From Octopus vulgaris (taxonomy: Eukaryota), in NCBI GenBank assembly GCA_951406725.2, contig OX597828.1:65906001-65970000 (forward strand): a stretch of DNA of 64,000 nt, in the 5' to 3' direction. Below, piece by piece: positions 14,830-28,029 of this stretch (position 1 is its first letter; every line of letters starts with the position of its first letter). A program made the position numbers and the translations under genes. The notes beneath the pieces are model-generated. The model searched no databases. It was not told the origin of the DNA and saw only the letters and a list, made by a program, of their open reading frames with translations.

Positions 14830-15800
14830 TTCGCTCTTTCTTAGGAAATGCTAGTATTTTTAGAGTTTTGTGCAAATCCATAGATACATAGTCTAATCTA
14901 CCTATGATGATTGTACAAATGAAATTTTATAACCAGAATACAAGAGCTGTAAGTTTCACATTAGTTCACTGTAAGTAGCCTTTTTTTCATGAACTTTTGA
15001 TGGCATGTTCGCATCTGCTGATATAGGTGACCTTTCACACTGGTGGAATATAGTCAACATTTTCTATCCCAACATGAAACCTTGGTGGCAGCTTTGTCTC
15101 TCTTGTTTATCAGGTATTTAGCAGCTGTATCCTGTTTGTGGACAGCATGAGATGTAATGTATCTATCGCATGTCCCAAGCGAGGTTACTCTTCCTCTCAA
15201 AACTGCTGTTATCCTCCGGCTTGCAGGAGATGCATCCATGTATTGTTTCTTCTAGTATGGTGAATGCTTCTCTTCCAAGCTTCTGTTTAGGTAGGTCAGT
15301 TCTGCTCAAGAGTTTTTTCCTCTACTCTGAAGATATTGTTCTTTGGAGTATGCATGTAATGTACTCACCTTTTATTTTTCTTTACAGTTCAGCACATATT
15401 GTTTGAGTGATAGTGTGTACCACTCAAATGCCATTTGGACTGACCATATTCTTGTGTTACCATCTCTTCATCTTACGTAGATCTCGTCAGTATTACTCTT
15501 GATATGGATCTCATCAAGTATACAGTTTCATATCCCAAATGTTGATACTGGCACTGCAAAAGCATTGATAATATATTGTCTTATTAAATGCAGACAGCTC
15601 TGAGTTTCATATTTTATGGAGTCTGCTGAACTATTCTTTTGTTACTCTGGCTTTATTCACAGCACCAATGAATGCAACATTTTCATCATTTCCAAGATAC
15701 CCAAAGTATTCATCATCCAAGAGAGGGGAGATCGACGAGCCATTGATGTTTGCATTTTCCGTCTGATCAGCAATCTTTCCTCTATTGACTATCATGTATG
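14830..15800 (-). mobile_element. Decayed R4/Dong-like non-LTR retrotransposon, C-terminal part
   Basis: Minus-strand peptides LSAFNKTI..INAFAVPVSTFG and AVHKQDTAAKYL..DRKC resemble R4-clade post-RT and CCHC regions; many stops; boundaries approximate. Confidence 0.55.
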
Positions 15801-16193
15801 ATCATTTATTTTGCTCAAACAGCAGTCTTATGTCCTATGGGAATGTTATGGCAAGTTCTAATTGTCTTTTGATATTGTTCATGTTATTAGAATCTACCTT
15901 TAGATCATCCTCCTGAGGAGAAGCATTTACAGCTTGATGGCATGACCTTTTTTATAGTGGCAAAAATTATAGGGCATTCTAGAGAATAATCTGTTCCCTA
16001 AACCAATGTATCTGTTTTTGATGCCATGGTATATGTGTATGCATATATGTGTGTGTGCATATGTATGCTTCATTAAATACACTACTATGTTCAAGTTTAA
16101 TCCTTTTCATTTTATATTGTTCATATTTTCTGATTACCTTTTTACAGTTGGTTTCAAACAGTAGAGTTCCTGAATCTATATCTTCCTCATTGT

Positions 16194-16425
16194 AGGCGGC
16201 GAGCTGGCAGAAACGGTAGCACGCCGGGCGAAATGCGAAGCCGTATTTCGTCTGCCGTTACGTTCTGAGTTCAAATTCCGCCGAGGTTGACTTTGCCTTT
16301 CATCCTTTCGGGGTCGATAAATTAAGTACCAGTTAAGCACTGGGGTCGATGGAATCGACTTAATCTCTTTGTCTGTCCTTGTTTGTCCCCTCTGTGTTTA
16401 GCCCTTTATGGGTAGTAAAGAAATA
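16194..16425 (+). mobile_element. tRNA-derived SINE, family B, with 17-bp TSD
   Basis: Head ggcggcgagctggcagaa...gagttcaaattcc (B box); tatatcttcctcattgt duplicated at 16177-16193 and 16426-16442. Confidence 0.92.
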
Positions 16426-16449
16426 TATATCTTCCTCATTGTCCCACCA

Positions 16450-17830
16450 CCATGCCACTGTCAGTCTGGCTGGGACCTTGCATCTAGAGGCGTCTTCCTT
16501 TCTCTTATCTTATCAATCAGATATTTAATAGCCATCTTCTGTTTCTTCTAGGTGATATGTGATACATTTATCAAAGGTTCAGGTGCGACTTACTATTCTT
16601 GTCAATGTTGTTGGGATTACCCATGCATAACATTTTGCTGGTATGCTTAGTATTTCTAATCCAAGTCTCTAATTAGGTCAGCCCATCCACCCTTGGTTCA
16701 CAGATTTATTCAAGTATCTAGTCAAGTATCCCCAAATAAGCATACTGGCACCATGCAAAAGCATTGAGAAATATTTCATTAAATGCAAACATCTCTGATT
16801 TCCATGCCTTTCAGAGTTTGCTGAAGTATTTTGTTTCTGTAACTTCACTCACAGCACCAACATATGTGATATTCTCATCAATTTCAAATATATCATGGAT
16901 GACAGAGGAAATGGAGAGGCCATTGCTATCCATATTCCTCGACTGGTTGGCAATTTTTTCTTGTTTGGCCAAACTACAGTTCTGTGTCCTGCAAGAATAT
17001 TGCAGCTAGTTCTGTCTCTTGCTGTCATGACATTAATTTGTATTTCCTTAACAAAGCTGACAAGGAGTTCACACCTAGGACTAAAAACATTGCAGAACCT
17101 AATTCTTTTACTGACTATAGCAGTTGGAACTTTGGCATGATTTAGTGACTCTATAGGCGGCAAGCTGGCAGAAACAGTAGCACGCCAGGCGAAATGCTTA
17201 GCGGTATTTCGTCTGCCGTTACGTTCCGAGTTCAAATTCCACCTGGGTCAACTTTGCCTCTCATCCTTTCAGGGTCGATAAATAAAGTACCAGTTTCGCA
17301 CTGGGGTCGATGTAAACAACTTAATCCCTTTGTCTGTCCTTGTTTGTCCCCTCTATGTTTAGCCCCTTGTGGGCAATAAAGAAATATATTATCCATGAGT
17401 GAAGAACATAGTCAAATGCCATTTTATAGCCGAGTCATGCAGTTTGCAGGTTTTGCTTCCTAAAAGACAACTTTGATGAAGAGAAGCTGTTTGGCACAGC
17501 CCCAGATTCCTTATTCGCCAGTCACCACCCTGTCTTTGATAGCAGTTCTAGAGGAATGCTTTCAAGCAGCTTGTATATAATTTATACATCACATTCAAGC
17601 ATGCTATGGGTTTGAAAGTTTTTGACCACGTACATCTACTCTTTTTAGCTGTTGGTGTTGTATGTGTCACTACTGTCCAGTCTAGCACATCAAGCTCAAC
17701 ATTCTTTCAAGATCCCTTCCCAAAATTACTTGAGATCATCCTAGGCAAGGACCTTTTACCCTCCTGATAGTATGGCCTTCATACTGCAATATACTGCTTG
17801 TAGGTTTAGTATTAATTTGCTATTGGTGGT
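16450..17830 (-). mobile_element. Decayed R4/Dong-like LINE, RT region, interrupted by a SINE
   Basis: Minus strand gives PIACLNVMYKLYTSCL and QTA*LGYKMAFDYVL (RT motifs of the YKKAFDSV type); 16740-16810 is homologous to 15545-15615. Confidence 0.65.
17156..17385 (+). mobile_element. SINE family B
   Basis: Same sequence as 16194-16425. Confidence 0.9.
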
Positions 17831-18974
17831 TTCATATTCTAGTAACTTTTTTTAACAAAATTGTTCACTTATTGCTCATCGTTCGTGTTTAAAGGCAATT
17901 AATATCTCTTGTCACAGTTCTATAGACCTTAAGATAATATATCATAAAGTCGGGGCTGTTGTTAAATGAATTTCCACTTAGTGATAATGTCTTTGTCCAA
18001 TATTTATTATGTGTATGTGTGTGTGTTGTAATATACATGTATTATAGTCCTGGACAGAACAGAAGAGCAATTACCATTAGTTTCACAGTCAGGTCAATCT
18101 TCTAAGCATGCACACAGGAAGTCTGTTATAGTGGCAGATTTATAAACATTGTGTGTGTATATATGCGCACACACACATACATATATACAGGAAGTCTTTT
18201 ACTGTGACAGATTTGTAAACGTGTGTGTGTGTGTGTGTATACACAAATACACACACACGTTCACAGTAATTTCTACACTAAAGCAAAATTTATAACTAGT
18301 TTGCCAATCTTATAAATTTTAAGCAGTAAAATTAATTCATCTTGCCTTTTGTTACAATCAATACCAAACCCCCCCAAAAAGGTGCTAAGCCATGCGTAAA
18401 GTGGATAATTGTCTAACTATCCTGACTCAAGTGCTACCAGTTGAAAGGTTAATTTGATATTAGGTTTTATAAACACCAGTTTGACACCAAGGAGAAGTAG
18501 GTTTACTGATGAGTTCTCTTCATACATATTACACAAGGCCTGCCAGTGCCTCTTCATAAATCAGATATTGAAATCTATTTTTAGCTGTACTATTTTGTCT
18601 TCACAAAATAACGTATGGTGCAAAGATAAGATAAAAAAATGGGGAGTAGCAGGTACTCTGTTAATCAATAATGCAGTCACTCAACAAGCAATAATAGATA
18701 CCTGCTTTGACTCCCATCAGTAGGTCTGCTATTTTTTTCTGTCTCCAAAACTGATGCTTATAATGTCTAATATGATTTTTAAATCAATTCTGATAAGCAC
18801 GTCAAAATATCTCCGTCTTCACTTGCACACTCCCCACTCAAAACTATAATAAGAGGCATGTCACCTGAAACAGGCACCTGAAATTAAAAAATCAGTTTTT
18901 TTAAACTGTTGCAGTTCACCTTCTTTGCCTTGTGTCCAACACTAAGATCTACAGACATACTTTATATATATATA

Positions 18975-19276
18975 TGATCACCGTGACCGACCAGGCTATC
19001 AGATGTTGCTACACATTGCTGGTCACAATGCGCTTCGCATTGTTTTAGCCTTCAAATGACGCCACCCCGCTGGCTAAGCGAGCAGGCCAACAGAAGAAAG
19101 AGTGAGAGAAAGTTGTGGCGAAAGAGTACAGCAGGGATCGCCACCACCTCCTGCCAGAGCCTCGTGGAGCTTTAGGGGTTTCGCTCAATAAACACTCACA
19201 ACGCCTGGTCCTGGAATCGAAACTGCGATCGTACGACCACGAGTCCGCTGCCCTAATCACTGGGCCATTGCGCCTC

Positions 19277-19277
<1 letters not shown>
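18975..19277 (-). mobile_element. tRNA-derived SINE, family D
   Basis: Minus-strand head ggaggcgcaatggcccagtgattagggcagcggactc...gtttcgattcc (A and B boxes) followed by a GC-rich body; flanked by microsatellites. Confidence 0.8.
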
Positions 19278-19314
<37 letters not shown>

Positions 19315-19629
19315 CATATATGAGAGAGAGAGGAGTAAACACTTAGACTGACACACTGTATTTTCCACAAGCCACTGCATGCATAGGAAGTTTAAATTAT
19401 GAGTGGTAGCTAGATATGTATGTATGTTGGATGTATGGGTCAAAATTTGTTTGTCCACCTGCCTTTGGATCATAGATCTATTTGAACAGGGTTGATTAAA
19501 GCCTGCACAACAATAATATTGCATGATAAAGTGAAGCCTTCCAGGCTGCAAAATATTGATTGTTGATACTGACAATGCATTTCAGAATTCTATATTTTAT
19601 ATCTATTTCTTTTTTTAATTTGTTAAACT

Positions 19630-20572
19630 GGTGGAGTGGATACTCCAAGAGCATAGCTGCTAGAATAAGAATAAGGACAATGTTCAGAGAGCTCCTACTC
19701 CTGTTGGTAACAAAGGGCCTCTTGCTCAGAGTGAAAGGCAGATTGTATGATGCCTGTGTGTGGACAGCCATGTTACATGGCAGCGAATCATGGCTGTGAC
19801 TGCCAGGGAGATGTGTAAGCTTGAAAGAAATGAAACTAGTATGCTTTGCTGGATGTGCGATGTCAGTGTGCATGTATGACAGTGTGTAAACGTCTTGAGA
19901 GAAAATTTGGACATAAAAGACATCAGATGTGGTGTACAAAAGAGCCAATTGCGTTGTTATAGTCATATGATGAGTATGGATGTGGACAGCTGTGTGAAGA
20001 AATGCCGATCTCTACTAGTGGAAGGAAGCTGTTGAAGAGGGTGACCCAGGATGGCATGGTACACAGTAGTGAAGCATGATCTTTCAAACATTGGGCCTCA
20101 TGGGAGCAACGATTAATGACTGAGACCTTAGGCAATATGCCATGCTTGAGAAGACCTGTCAAGCCAAGGGAAATCGTAGTCGGGGCCATTGTCAGTGCCT
20201 TTTGGGCGTTGGGCCTCATGGAGGTAATGTGGCCAATGCCAGTGTCATGTAACTAGCACCCATGCTGGGGGTACATAAAAGGTACCTTTCAAGCACTGAG
20301 CCTTACAGAAGCAGTGACAAATGACCAAGACCTTTGGCAATATGCTGGGCTTGAGAAGACCCATCAAACCAAGTGAAATCGTAATCATGACGGATCCAGG
20401 TTTCACACAACTAGCATGCAAAAGCACCCATTACACTCTGAGTGGTTGACATTAGGAAGGGCATCCAGATGGAGAAACCCTGACTGGAGTCTGGTGCAGC
20501 CCCTCAGCTTAGCAGCTCTGGTCAAACCATCCAAACCGTACCAGCATGGACAATGGATGCTAAATGATGATA
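19630..20572 (+). mobile_element. RTE-clade LINE 3' fragment with family-C tail
   Basis: SIAARIRI..FRELLLLLVTKGLLLRVKGRLYDACVWTAMLHGSESW followed by the family-C 3' end and gatgat tail. Confidence 0.85.
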
Positions 20573-20625
20573 CATCTTTAATAATATCTCCCTTAGATCA
20601 GTATTAATTATTCCATAACTTATGT

Positions 20626-20711
20626 CAGTGGTTCCCAACCTGGGGTCCATGGGCCCCTGGTGGTCCACAAAGGTAGTGCTGGGGAGGGGGGGTGAACTAA
20701 ATTCAACATTT

Positions 20712-20767
<56 letters not shown>

Positions 20768-20861
20768 TACACATACACACATAAGAATAAGCATATTAAA
20801 AGGGGACTGTGGGAAAACTCATTTATATAAAAGGGTTCACAACCACTATTGGGAAACATTG
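20626..20861. mobile_element. hAT-type MITE containing (CA)n
   Basis: cagtggttcccaac ... ttgggaaacattg TIRs; 8-bp TSD acttatgt/acctatgt (7 of 8 match). Confidence 0.8.
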
Positions 20862-22112
20862 ACCTATGTCTATTTTAGTTGGCTGTTAGCAGTTTACAAT
20901 ACTTATCTCTTTTTCATATTCCTTCTTTTCTCTGTTGACGGCATTTCTCTGTGGATACAGATTATAATTCTATCTCTGCTACCTACCCTTCTTATTTGAA
21001 CGTCAGTTCTTCTAATTCATTTCACTTCTTACATATTTCTTTCTAATCTTTTCTTCCACTATTTATAAACTTTTCTTCATACTCCATATTTAAACCCCCA
21101 TACTTGCTGCATCATGTAGCCATCTTTCAATACAGTTGTAGATAAAGACAAATATACTCTAAACGGTCTAGTCATAAACTGTAGCTATTATTTTGTTATT
21201 GACCTTTTCACCAGCTATGATAAAATCAATTAACAGAACCTATCACCTAATTTCACAATGTTGTTACTACAATTTTAGTGGAGAGTACATAACTAATGAG
21301 ATAACTTATCAATCATTAATGGGAGGAGAGGGTTTGAAAAAGTCATTAGTTATTCAGCTGCAAAAGTGGTTGTAGATTTGTTTTCTATATGCCTTAGTAA
21401 ATTATTACTCAAGTTTGGAATATGGTATATAAAAGTGTATAATATGTTCAATGGAGTGGTCGTAGTAGTCTTAATATAATGATGTTTCTATAAGTCAGTA
21501 GTGCATTACGTAATATTCTTCAGCTGTAGATTTTGTTTATCAAGACAGATGTAAGGTCGGATGTTAAGTTTCATTGAGTGTGAAAGAGTCTGATGATATG
21601 CTTTTTACATAGGTGCAAAATATTCTATAGTTCATAAGGAGTGAAAGCTTTTCTAAAATTTTGTTATGTCTTAATAGTACAACCACTGGAAATCAATATA
21701 AACAGAAATATCCGGATGTTTGTTGTTGATTTTCACAGCAATTCTATTGGCAAAAACCTATGTCACTGGGCAATTCTCCAAAAACATAATGATTTTCTTC
21801 TAGCATTGAAGAGAAACTACTATATAACATTATTCATATCACAGTGGTTAATATGCTTAAAAGTGAACAGTTTTTTTCCATTATTTTGAGACTTTTAACC
21901 AGCAAAAGAATTCTAAATAAAAATTTAAAAAAAAGAAAGCAATTTTTAACACATCTTTCTATTAAAGTTTGACAGCAATCAGTTTTCATAAATTATTAGA
22001 TGCATTTTACTCGTTTTTTAATTTTCAACTAAACACTCAACCCAGACAAGTAGAAATAGAACTAACTCACAAAATTATCCCCTTCAATACTGGTCAGTAA
22101 ATTTGTTTTAAC

Positions 22113-22408
22113 ATGATCGTTACCAATGTCGAGCGTGATCGTTACCAACGTTGCTTCACTGGCACATGTAAAAAGATTTGAGCGAGGCTGTTGCCAGTAC
22201 CGCCTGACTGGCCCCCGTGCCGGTGGCATTTAAAAGCACCCACTACACTCACGGAGTGGTTGGCATTAGAAAGGGCATCCAGCTGTAGAAACTCTGCTAG
22301 ACCAAGATTGGAGCCTGGTGCAGCCATCTGGTTCGCCAGCCCTCAGTCAAAATCGTCCAACCCATGCTAGCATGGAAAGCGGACGTTAAACGATGATGGT
22401 GATGATGA
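22113..22408 (+). mobile_element. RTE-tail element, family C
   Basis: Family-C body ending catgctagcatggaaagcggacgttaaac plus (gat)n. Confidence 0.85.
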
Positions 22409-23325
22409 CCGATTAGTTCATTGCCACTTGTCTAAATATCACAAATACTCAACTCTTGATTTGCTTTCATTATTGTCTTTTTCTATTTTTCCTTTTTAAA
22501 TTTGAGCTCCCATGTTTTTATCCTTTTATAACTAAAAGAAAGATTCACAAAGTTCCTCATATTGCTCAGCTTATAAGAATGTGGTTAAAAACATGGTGAC
22601 ATCAGTTGCTTGAATGAGATGTTCACTAATATCTTTAGGTCATTGTAACGTCATTTTGTATTCCACCATTCATGCTCACTTCATTTCATTCTAATCTTCA
22701 CAAATTCTCTGCATTCAAGGCCCACATACTCAACCATGCAGCACTGCACTTCACAAAGAAGCATCATACAATCTTCTCTTTCCTTTAAGGGAGAAACCCT
22801 GTTTTTTGAGTGGGGTGGGATCTGTCTCTGTGTTTGCAGCAACAACACCATCTCAGCTATAAGAACCGTACTCCATTGTGAACCTCCTTGAAGCTTTGTA
22901 GAGTAGCATTAATTGTCTAGGGCTAAAATATCTTCTGATCCTGAAGAGAAGGGCCCCCCACCCCAGGATAATGAGATCCAACAATCAGTAATTTTGTGGT
23001 CTCCTGGTTAAGGGAGGGAGTGTGATGATGTCTTGCTATTTAAAGAGACAAGATAGCCGTATTCCAATTGGAGGATTCTTTTAAGATTTCTGTTCATGAG
23101 TGTGTGTGTATGGCCATCTGGTGTCTAGATTGCACCTGGATAATGCATAGTTGGAGAATATTAAGAGAAATGAAGAATAGTACCACCTGTGCAAGAGTGG
23201 ATGTTGTTGGATGTAGCAGAAGGAAGAAAGTAAGGAAACAAAACTGAATCCTGGAATACACCAGAATCGATAGAGAGGCAGAAAGATCTCCAACACACTC
23301 AGCAGTTGTGCAATCATATAGGAAG

Positions 23326-24845
23326 CAGGGGTCACCAAACTTTTTTCATAACGGGCCAGATAAAGCTAAAAGAATGCCAAGCATGGGCCAGATAAATATT
23401 TTGTTCAATTCAGTACAATATAGAATAAGACAGTCATCCCATTTATTTATCAATACATAAAATACACAAAATAATAAAAACAATAAATATATTATAATAA
23501 TACCAAAATATTACCAAGTTAGAATTTTTAGAAAAAGTGTGCACGAGCTGAATTGCATAAAAAGTAAGCAGCACAAAAGTTAATGAGATTTGTGAAACAG
23601 GCATTTTGCCTCCAAAATATCATCAACATTTGCTTTATGATTGCTGCAGCCAACCATAAAAATTGCTTTCAAATGTTCATCTGTAAGCCTTGTTTGATGT
23701 ATTGACTTCACACACTTCATTATGTTTGCTCACAAACATAAGTTGTTCCAAAAACTGATGCCATATCTGAGGCAAATTCTGTCAATTTTGAAAACTCATC
23801 AGCAGGCAAGCAGAGATAAAATTCAATGAGTTTTCCTTCTCTGTGCTTCTCTTTCAACAAGGCATTAGCTTGCAAGTCAATAAGCTCCAGTTGTAGTTTA
23901 GTTGGCATGTTATCAAAATTACAGCCAAAGGGATTCTCGAACAAAAGAATTTCATTCTCAATTCTGTCAAAATCTGAAAGTCTTTGAGAAAAATGCTTAC
24001 TTAAGCCCCAAATAATTTTTTCTGAAACTCGAGGTTAACATGTTCCACATTTTCTGTGCAAAACTCTTGAAAACACTGAAAATGAGGGAAGTTTCCTCCT
24101 TCAAGTTGTGCTTCAAACAATGATAGCTTTCTCCGAAATGCTGGTTTTATTGTGTAGAGATCACAGACAAGGTTATTCTTTCCTTGCAGTTTTAAATTCA
24201 ATTCATTCAATTAAAAATGACAACTTTGATAACCACGAAGGATCTGACAGCTATGGATCAGCTCTATTTTTTTTCAGTGAGAAAAAGTTCTATTCCTCTT
24301 TGGAGCATATAAAAATGAAACAGGACTTTACCGCACCTGAGCCATCTCACTTCTGTGTAGTAAGGCAAGTCACAGAAATTAGAATCCATTTCTTTAGGGA
24401 AAGCCTGAAACTGTTAGTAATTAAGCCCATGATTCCAAATGAAGTTCATCACAGTTGTAACCAGTTTTAGTACACAAGAAATATCTGTTTTCCACAGAGT
24501 GCTTGCAGTGTATAAACAGAGCTTTTGGAAGTTGAAGCTCCTCCAACTTGGTCTGGATCCGCCCTACCAAACCTTTCCCTACTCTTGCCATGTTTTTTTC
24601 TCCATCGACTGTAACACACCAAAGCTGATTCCACTGAAGGTTATAGTTTTGCAAAGTTTTCTGCAACTCTATGAAAATATCTTCTCCAGTTGTTGTTCCA
24701 TGTATACTGCAAATGGATGCCATTTCTCCTATAATCTCAAAGTTGCAATTGACACCACAAATGAACACAAGAAGTTGTGACGTACTAGAGAGATCAGCAG
24801 ACTCATCCATTGCAAGAGAATACCACAAAAATTTCTTTAAAATTT
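23326..24845 (-). mobile_element. hAT (Buster/SPIN/Charlie-like) transposon, 5'-truncated, with pseudogenised transposase
   Basis: TIR caggggtcaccaaact at 23326; frameshifted peptides AMDESADLSSTSQLLVF, HGTTTGEDIF, VTVDG, NELNLKLQG, FGTTYVCEQT typical of Buster-family transposases. Confidence 0.88.
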
Positions 24846-24849
24846 CTAT

Positions 24850-25265
24850 AAAATATTATAGTGAAGTCTCATTAACATGTTCACAACCCCTTATCAACCA
24901 AGTTGTTACCAGCAGAGGATAGGGATCCCTCAACTTTTTCAAGCGCATTCTTACCCTGGCTATTATGCTTTCAGAGCACCTCTCCCATTGCTAATTTAGT
25001 CACCTAGGTAACAGAAATTATCTACTGCTTCTCTGGAACCACCAGAGCATTTGTAAGGACCTATTTTCCATGTACTCTTTGTACTTGCTGCATATGATGT
25101 CTACCTTCTTTGTTAGATTGCCATTGATCCCTATTACACCACTTATGCAGTCACTATTTACTCTGGAATTTCTACCTACTCCTTTCCTGCATACTAAGCA
25201 AGACCATACCCCTGATAGTAGCTGAGCCTTGCTTTTTTTTTTCCTACTTGCTAAAACTTTAGTCA
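24850..25265 (-). mobile_element. RTE-clade LINE internal fragment
   Basis: WSCLVCRKGVGRNS cysteine-rich segment resembling the one downstream of RT in mollusc RTE elements (from memory). Confidence 0.65.
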
Positions 25266-25296
25266 TAAAAATGGATATGTTCTCCTTTATCTAATG

Positions 25297-25666
25297 CAGT
25301 GTTCCTCAACCATTTTGGGGCTGGATACAGCTGGTTCAAATGCTATTTGTTCCATTAGATCATTGGTTCTCGACTGGGGTCCATATGACCCTTTGATTTT
25401 GTAGCTAAAATTTATGTGCAATAAACTGTTTATACCCCTCCTCCCTTTGATTCCTATTTTACTTGATTGGACCCTCCTAAGCATTCAATGTTTCAAAGAA
25501 TTCTACAATATTTTCATAAAATATTATGAGGAATTGTATAAAAAAAAATTGTTAAAATATTTTGTGTACTGTAGGAGTATAACCAGTTTATTGCACATAG
25601 ATTTTATCTACAAAATCATATGTGGATCCCCCAAATGGCCACATGGACCCCAGTTGAGAACCACTG
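25297..25666. mobile_element. hAT-type MITE with perfect 8-bp TSD and an internal inverted duplication
   Basis: TIRs cagtgttcctcaac / gttgagaaccactg; TSD atctaatg at 25289-25296 and 25667-25674. Confidence 0.85.
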
Positions 25667-25799
25667 ATCTAATGGAACATGTAGCATTTGAACCAGCCGT
25701 ATCCAGCTTTAATATTTTACATGTTCACTGTTCAAACCAGCTAGATCTGACCTCTCACACCTATGCTACTGACATAAGGACACACACAGATAGATACAT

Positions 25800-25950
25800 A
25801 TATATATGACGAGCTTCTTCCAGTTTCCATCTACCAAATTCGCTCACAAGGCTTTGGTCAGCCCAAGGCTATAGTAGAAGACACTTGCCCAAGGTGCCAT
25901 GAAGTGGGACTGAACCCGGAACCATGTGATTGGGAAGCAAACTTCTCACC
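25800..25950 (-). mobile_element. SINE family A, 5' half
   Basis: Reverse complement of about 165-305. Confidence 0.8.
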
Positions 25951-26438
25951 TCCGATATTTTGCCACTACAAAGCAGTCTTTGTTCATTTCTTTTAACTCT
26001 TTCTAAAACTGGGAACTGAACTTAGCTTGCTGCAAGCTATTTTACTCTACAGCCATTCCCAACATGAATGCTATCATCATTAGATGATATAAAAAATTTG
26101 CAAATCTTTATCTGTTCCTCCCTTGTTACATTTTTATCACATTCCTCATTTATTTTTGCGTAGTTTGTATGATGTATATTTTATATATTTTTTGCAAGAC
26201 AATGTTTGTTAGATTGTCTTGTTGCTCTCTTAATGTTGTGAAACTTGTTTTATTCAGTATTACCCAAAGCAATATCAGCACCTTATTATTTTTAGTTGGT
26301 TATTGCAAGTTATACATAAGACTTTGTTAAACAAAAGCAATTGTTTTTTATCCCTTATGCAATTGGTAAAATTTCAATATTTAAGATTTCCTTAGAATTA
26401 TATATTTAGTAAGTACTGTGCTTCAGCCTGGGCTTGTT

Positions 26439-26472
<34 letters not shown>

Positions 26473-26573
26473 CACTTGATAATTCTAGTGATGGCCACTA
26501 CAGTTAGACAAAGTGAACCTTATCCAAGTTCAACAGTCGCTGTTCCTCTGCTTTAATTTTCGTTGGTCTATAT

Positions 26574-26859
26574 CAGTGGTTCCCAAAGTGGGCAGTATTC
26601 TCCCCCTGGGGACAGTAGAAAGTTCCAAGGAGGTGTTGAAGAAAAGTGGGTGATTCATGTAAAAAGTAGAACGATAATGGGGCTACGATTCCTGTAAAAA
26701 CAATAAAATAATGGGTTCATTAGGTTAAGTTTTATTTGTGAAATACAGTTTCTTCGAATTTGCTTCAGAAATAGGTCTGTGTTTATTTGGTGTGGGGGCA
26801 CTAGGAATGTGGCCTGGATGTCAAGGGGATGGCAGCCTGATAAAGTTTGGGAACCACTG
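26574..26859. mobile_element. hAT-type MITE with perfect 8-bp TSD
   Basis: TIRs cagtggttcccaaa / tttgggaaccactg; TSD gtctatat on both sides. Confidence 0.9.
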
Positions 26860-27809
26860 GTCTATATCCCAGTATTTGGAGCTAAGGAAGCTATTGACCT
26901 TAGGTATATGTGTTTGATGTTTGCCTTTTTCGAGGATGATGTTGTCAGTGTTCTGGAGTGTTGTAAATTATGTCCATTTATTTGGCATGGTTTTGCACGT
27001 AGTAACAAGTACTGTGGGGAACTTGCTAGGACAGGTATTGTTTGAAATACAACATAGAAACTTATCATAGTATTTTTGCTTCATTCTGTAAGTAATCTAA
27101 GTGGGTGGTCTGCATAGAGTTTATACTAGTGCAAATTGTGTTTTTTGTAATTTTATTGTTTGTTTATAGTAAGAGTGGTAAGCCAGGCAAGGCTAACAGA
27201 ATCTTTGATTGATGAAATACATTGTTTGTATGGCACTATTGTTTCTTTCTGTTAACCATACATGGCATCTGTATAGTCTGCCCTCAATGTATATCATATA
27301 TGTTGTTGAGGACCGGACTGGGTGCTCTTTTCAAAGAATAGGATACGCTGGAGTACATTTCCAAAGATTGCGATGGGATACACTTTGTTTATTTGAAGCT
27401 GCCAAAATTGAAGAAAATGAAATGTGAATCATGAAGGTTTGGGAGGAGTTTTAATGAGTGTTTGGAGATGGTAAAGTGAGCAGCAGATTTGGAGGCCTTC
27501 TCATCAAGAGTACTGACAATGAAGCCATATCCTTGTTGGAGTTGTGAATAAGAATATTCTACAAAGTTACATGCCCTTAACAGGGGATCAGAAGGTTCTA
27601 CTACAGTTTGGGTAGTAGCAAATCTTGCTAACTTTTCTAAACCCAAACACTTCCTTCACTTCTCTAATGATAGTCTTATACATGTGTTAATGAGGAAAAT
27701 CCTTCCAGTTGGTAATAATGGGTGACTTTTTCCAGTTATGGTAGGCAATGTTCTTTGCATGTATTTCTGCAACACATCTATGGTTAAATCACTTGGAGCC
27801 TCAAGTTAA

Positions 27810-28029
27810 CCCTTTCATTACTGTATTTATTTTGAGATGCTCTGTGTTTCTCTCAATTACTTTAAATATAACAAAGAGTTTAGTAAAATAACTTAGTTAT
27901 CATTCAGCTAGTGTTAGGAACATAAATTGTGGCTAAGGTTTGGTGGAAGATTTTAATTCAAAACTTATGAAAACAAGACATTTGTACTCAGAGCCAGAGC
28001 CGGTTTCAGCCGGGTTGGTATCAAAAGGG
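27810..28029. mobile_element. piggyBac-type MITE
   Basis: TTAA|ccctttc ... aaaaggg|TTAA. Confidence 0.8.

Noticed and set aside
19200-19277. tRNA-like sequence on the minus strand
   Set aside because: It continues directly into a SINE body and lacks a closed acceptor stem
21585-21635. Second hammerhead-like CTGATGA motif
   Set aside because: No intact GAAA and no convincing stem I or NUH; at best a decayed Penelope end
23720-24828. Domesticated GTF2IRD2/EPM2AIP1-like host gene
   Set aside because: Multiple frameshifts and stops plus a retained TIR indicate a dead transposon
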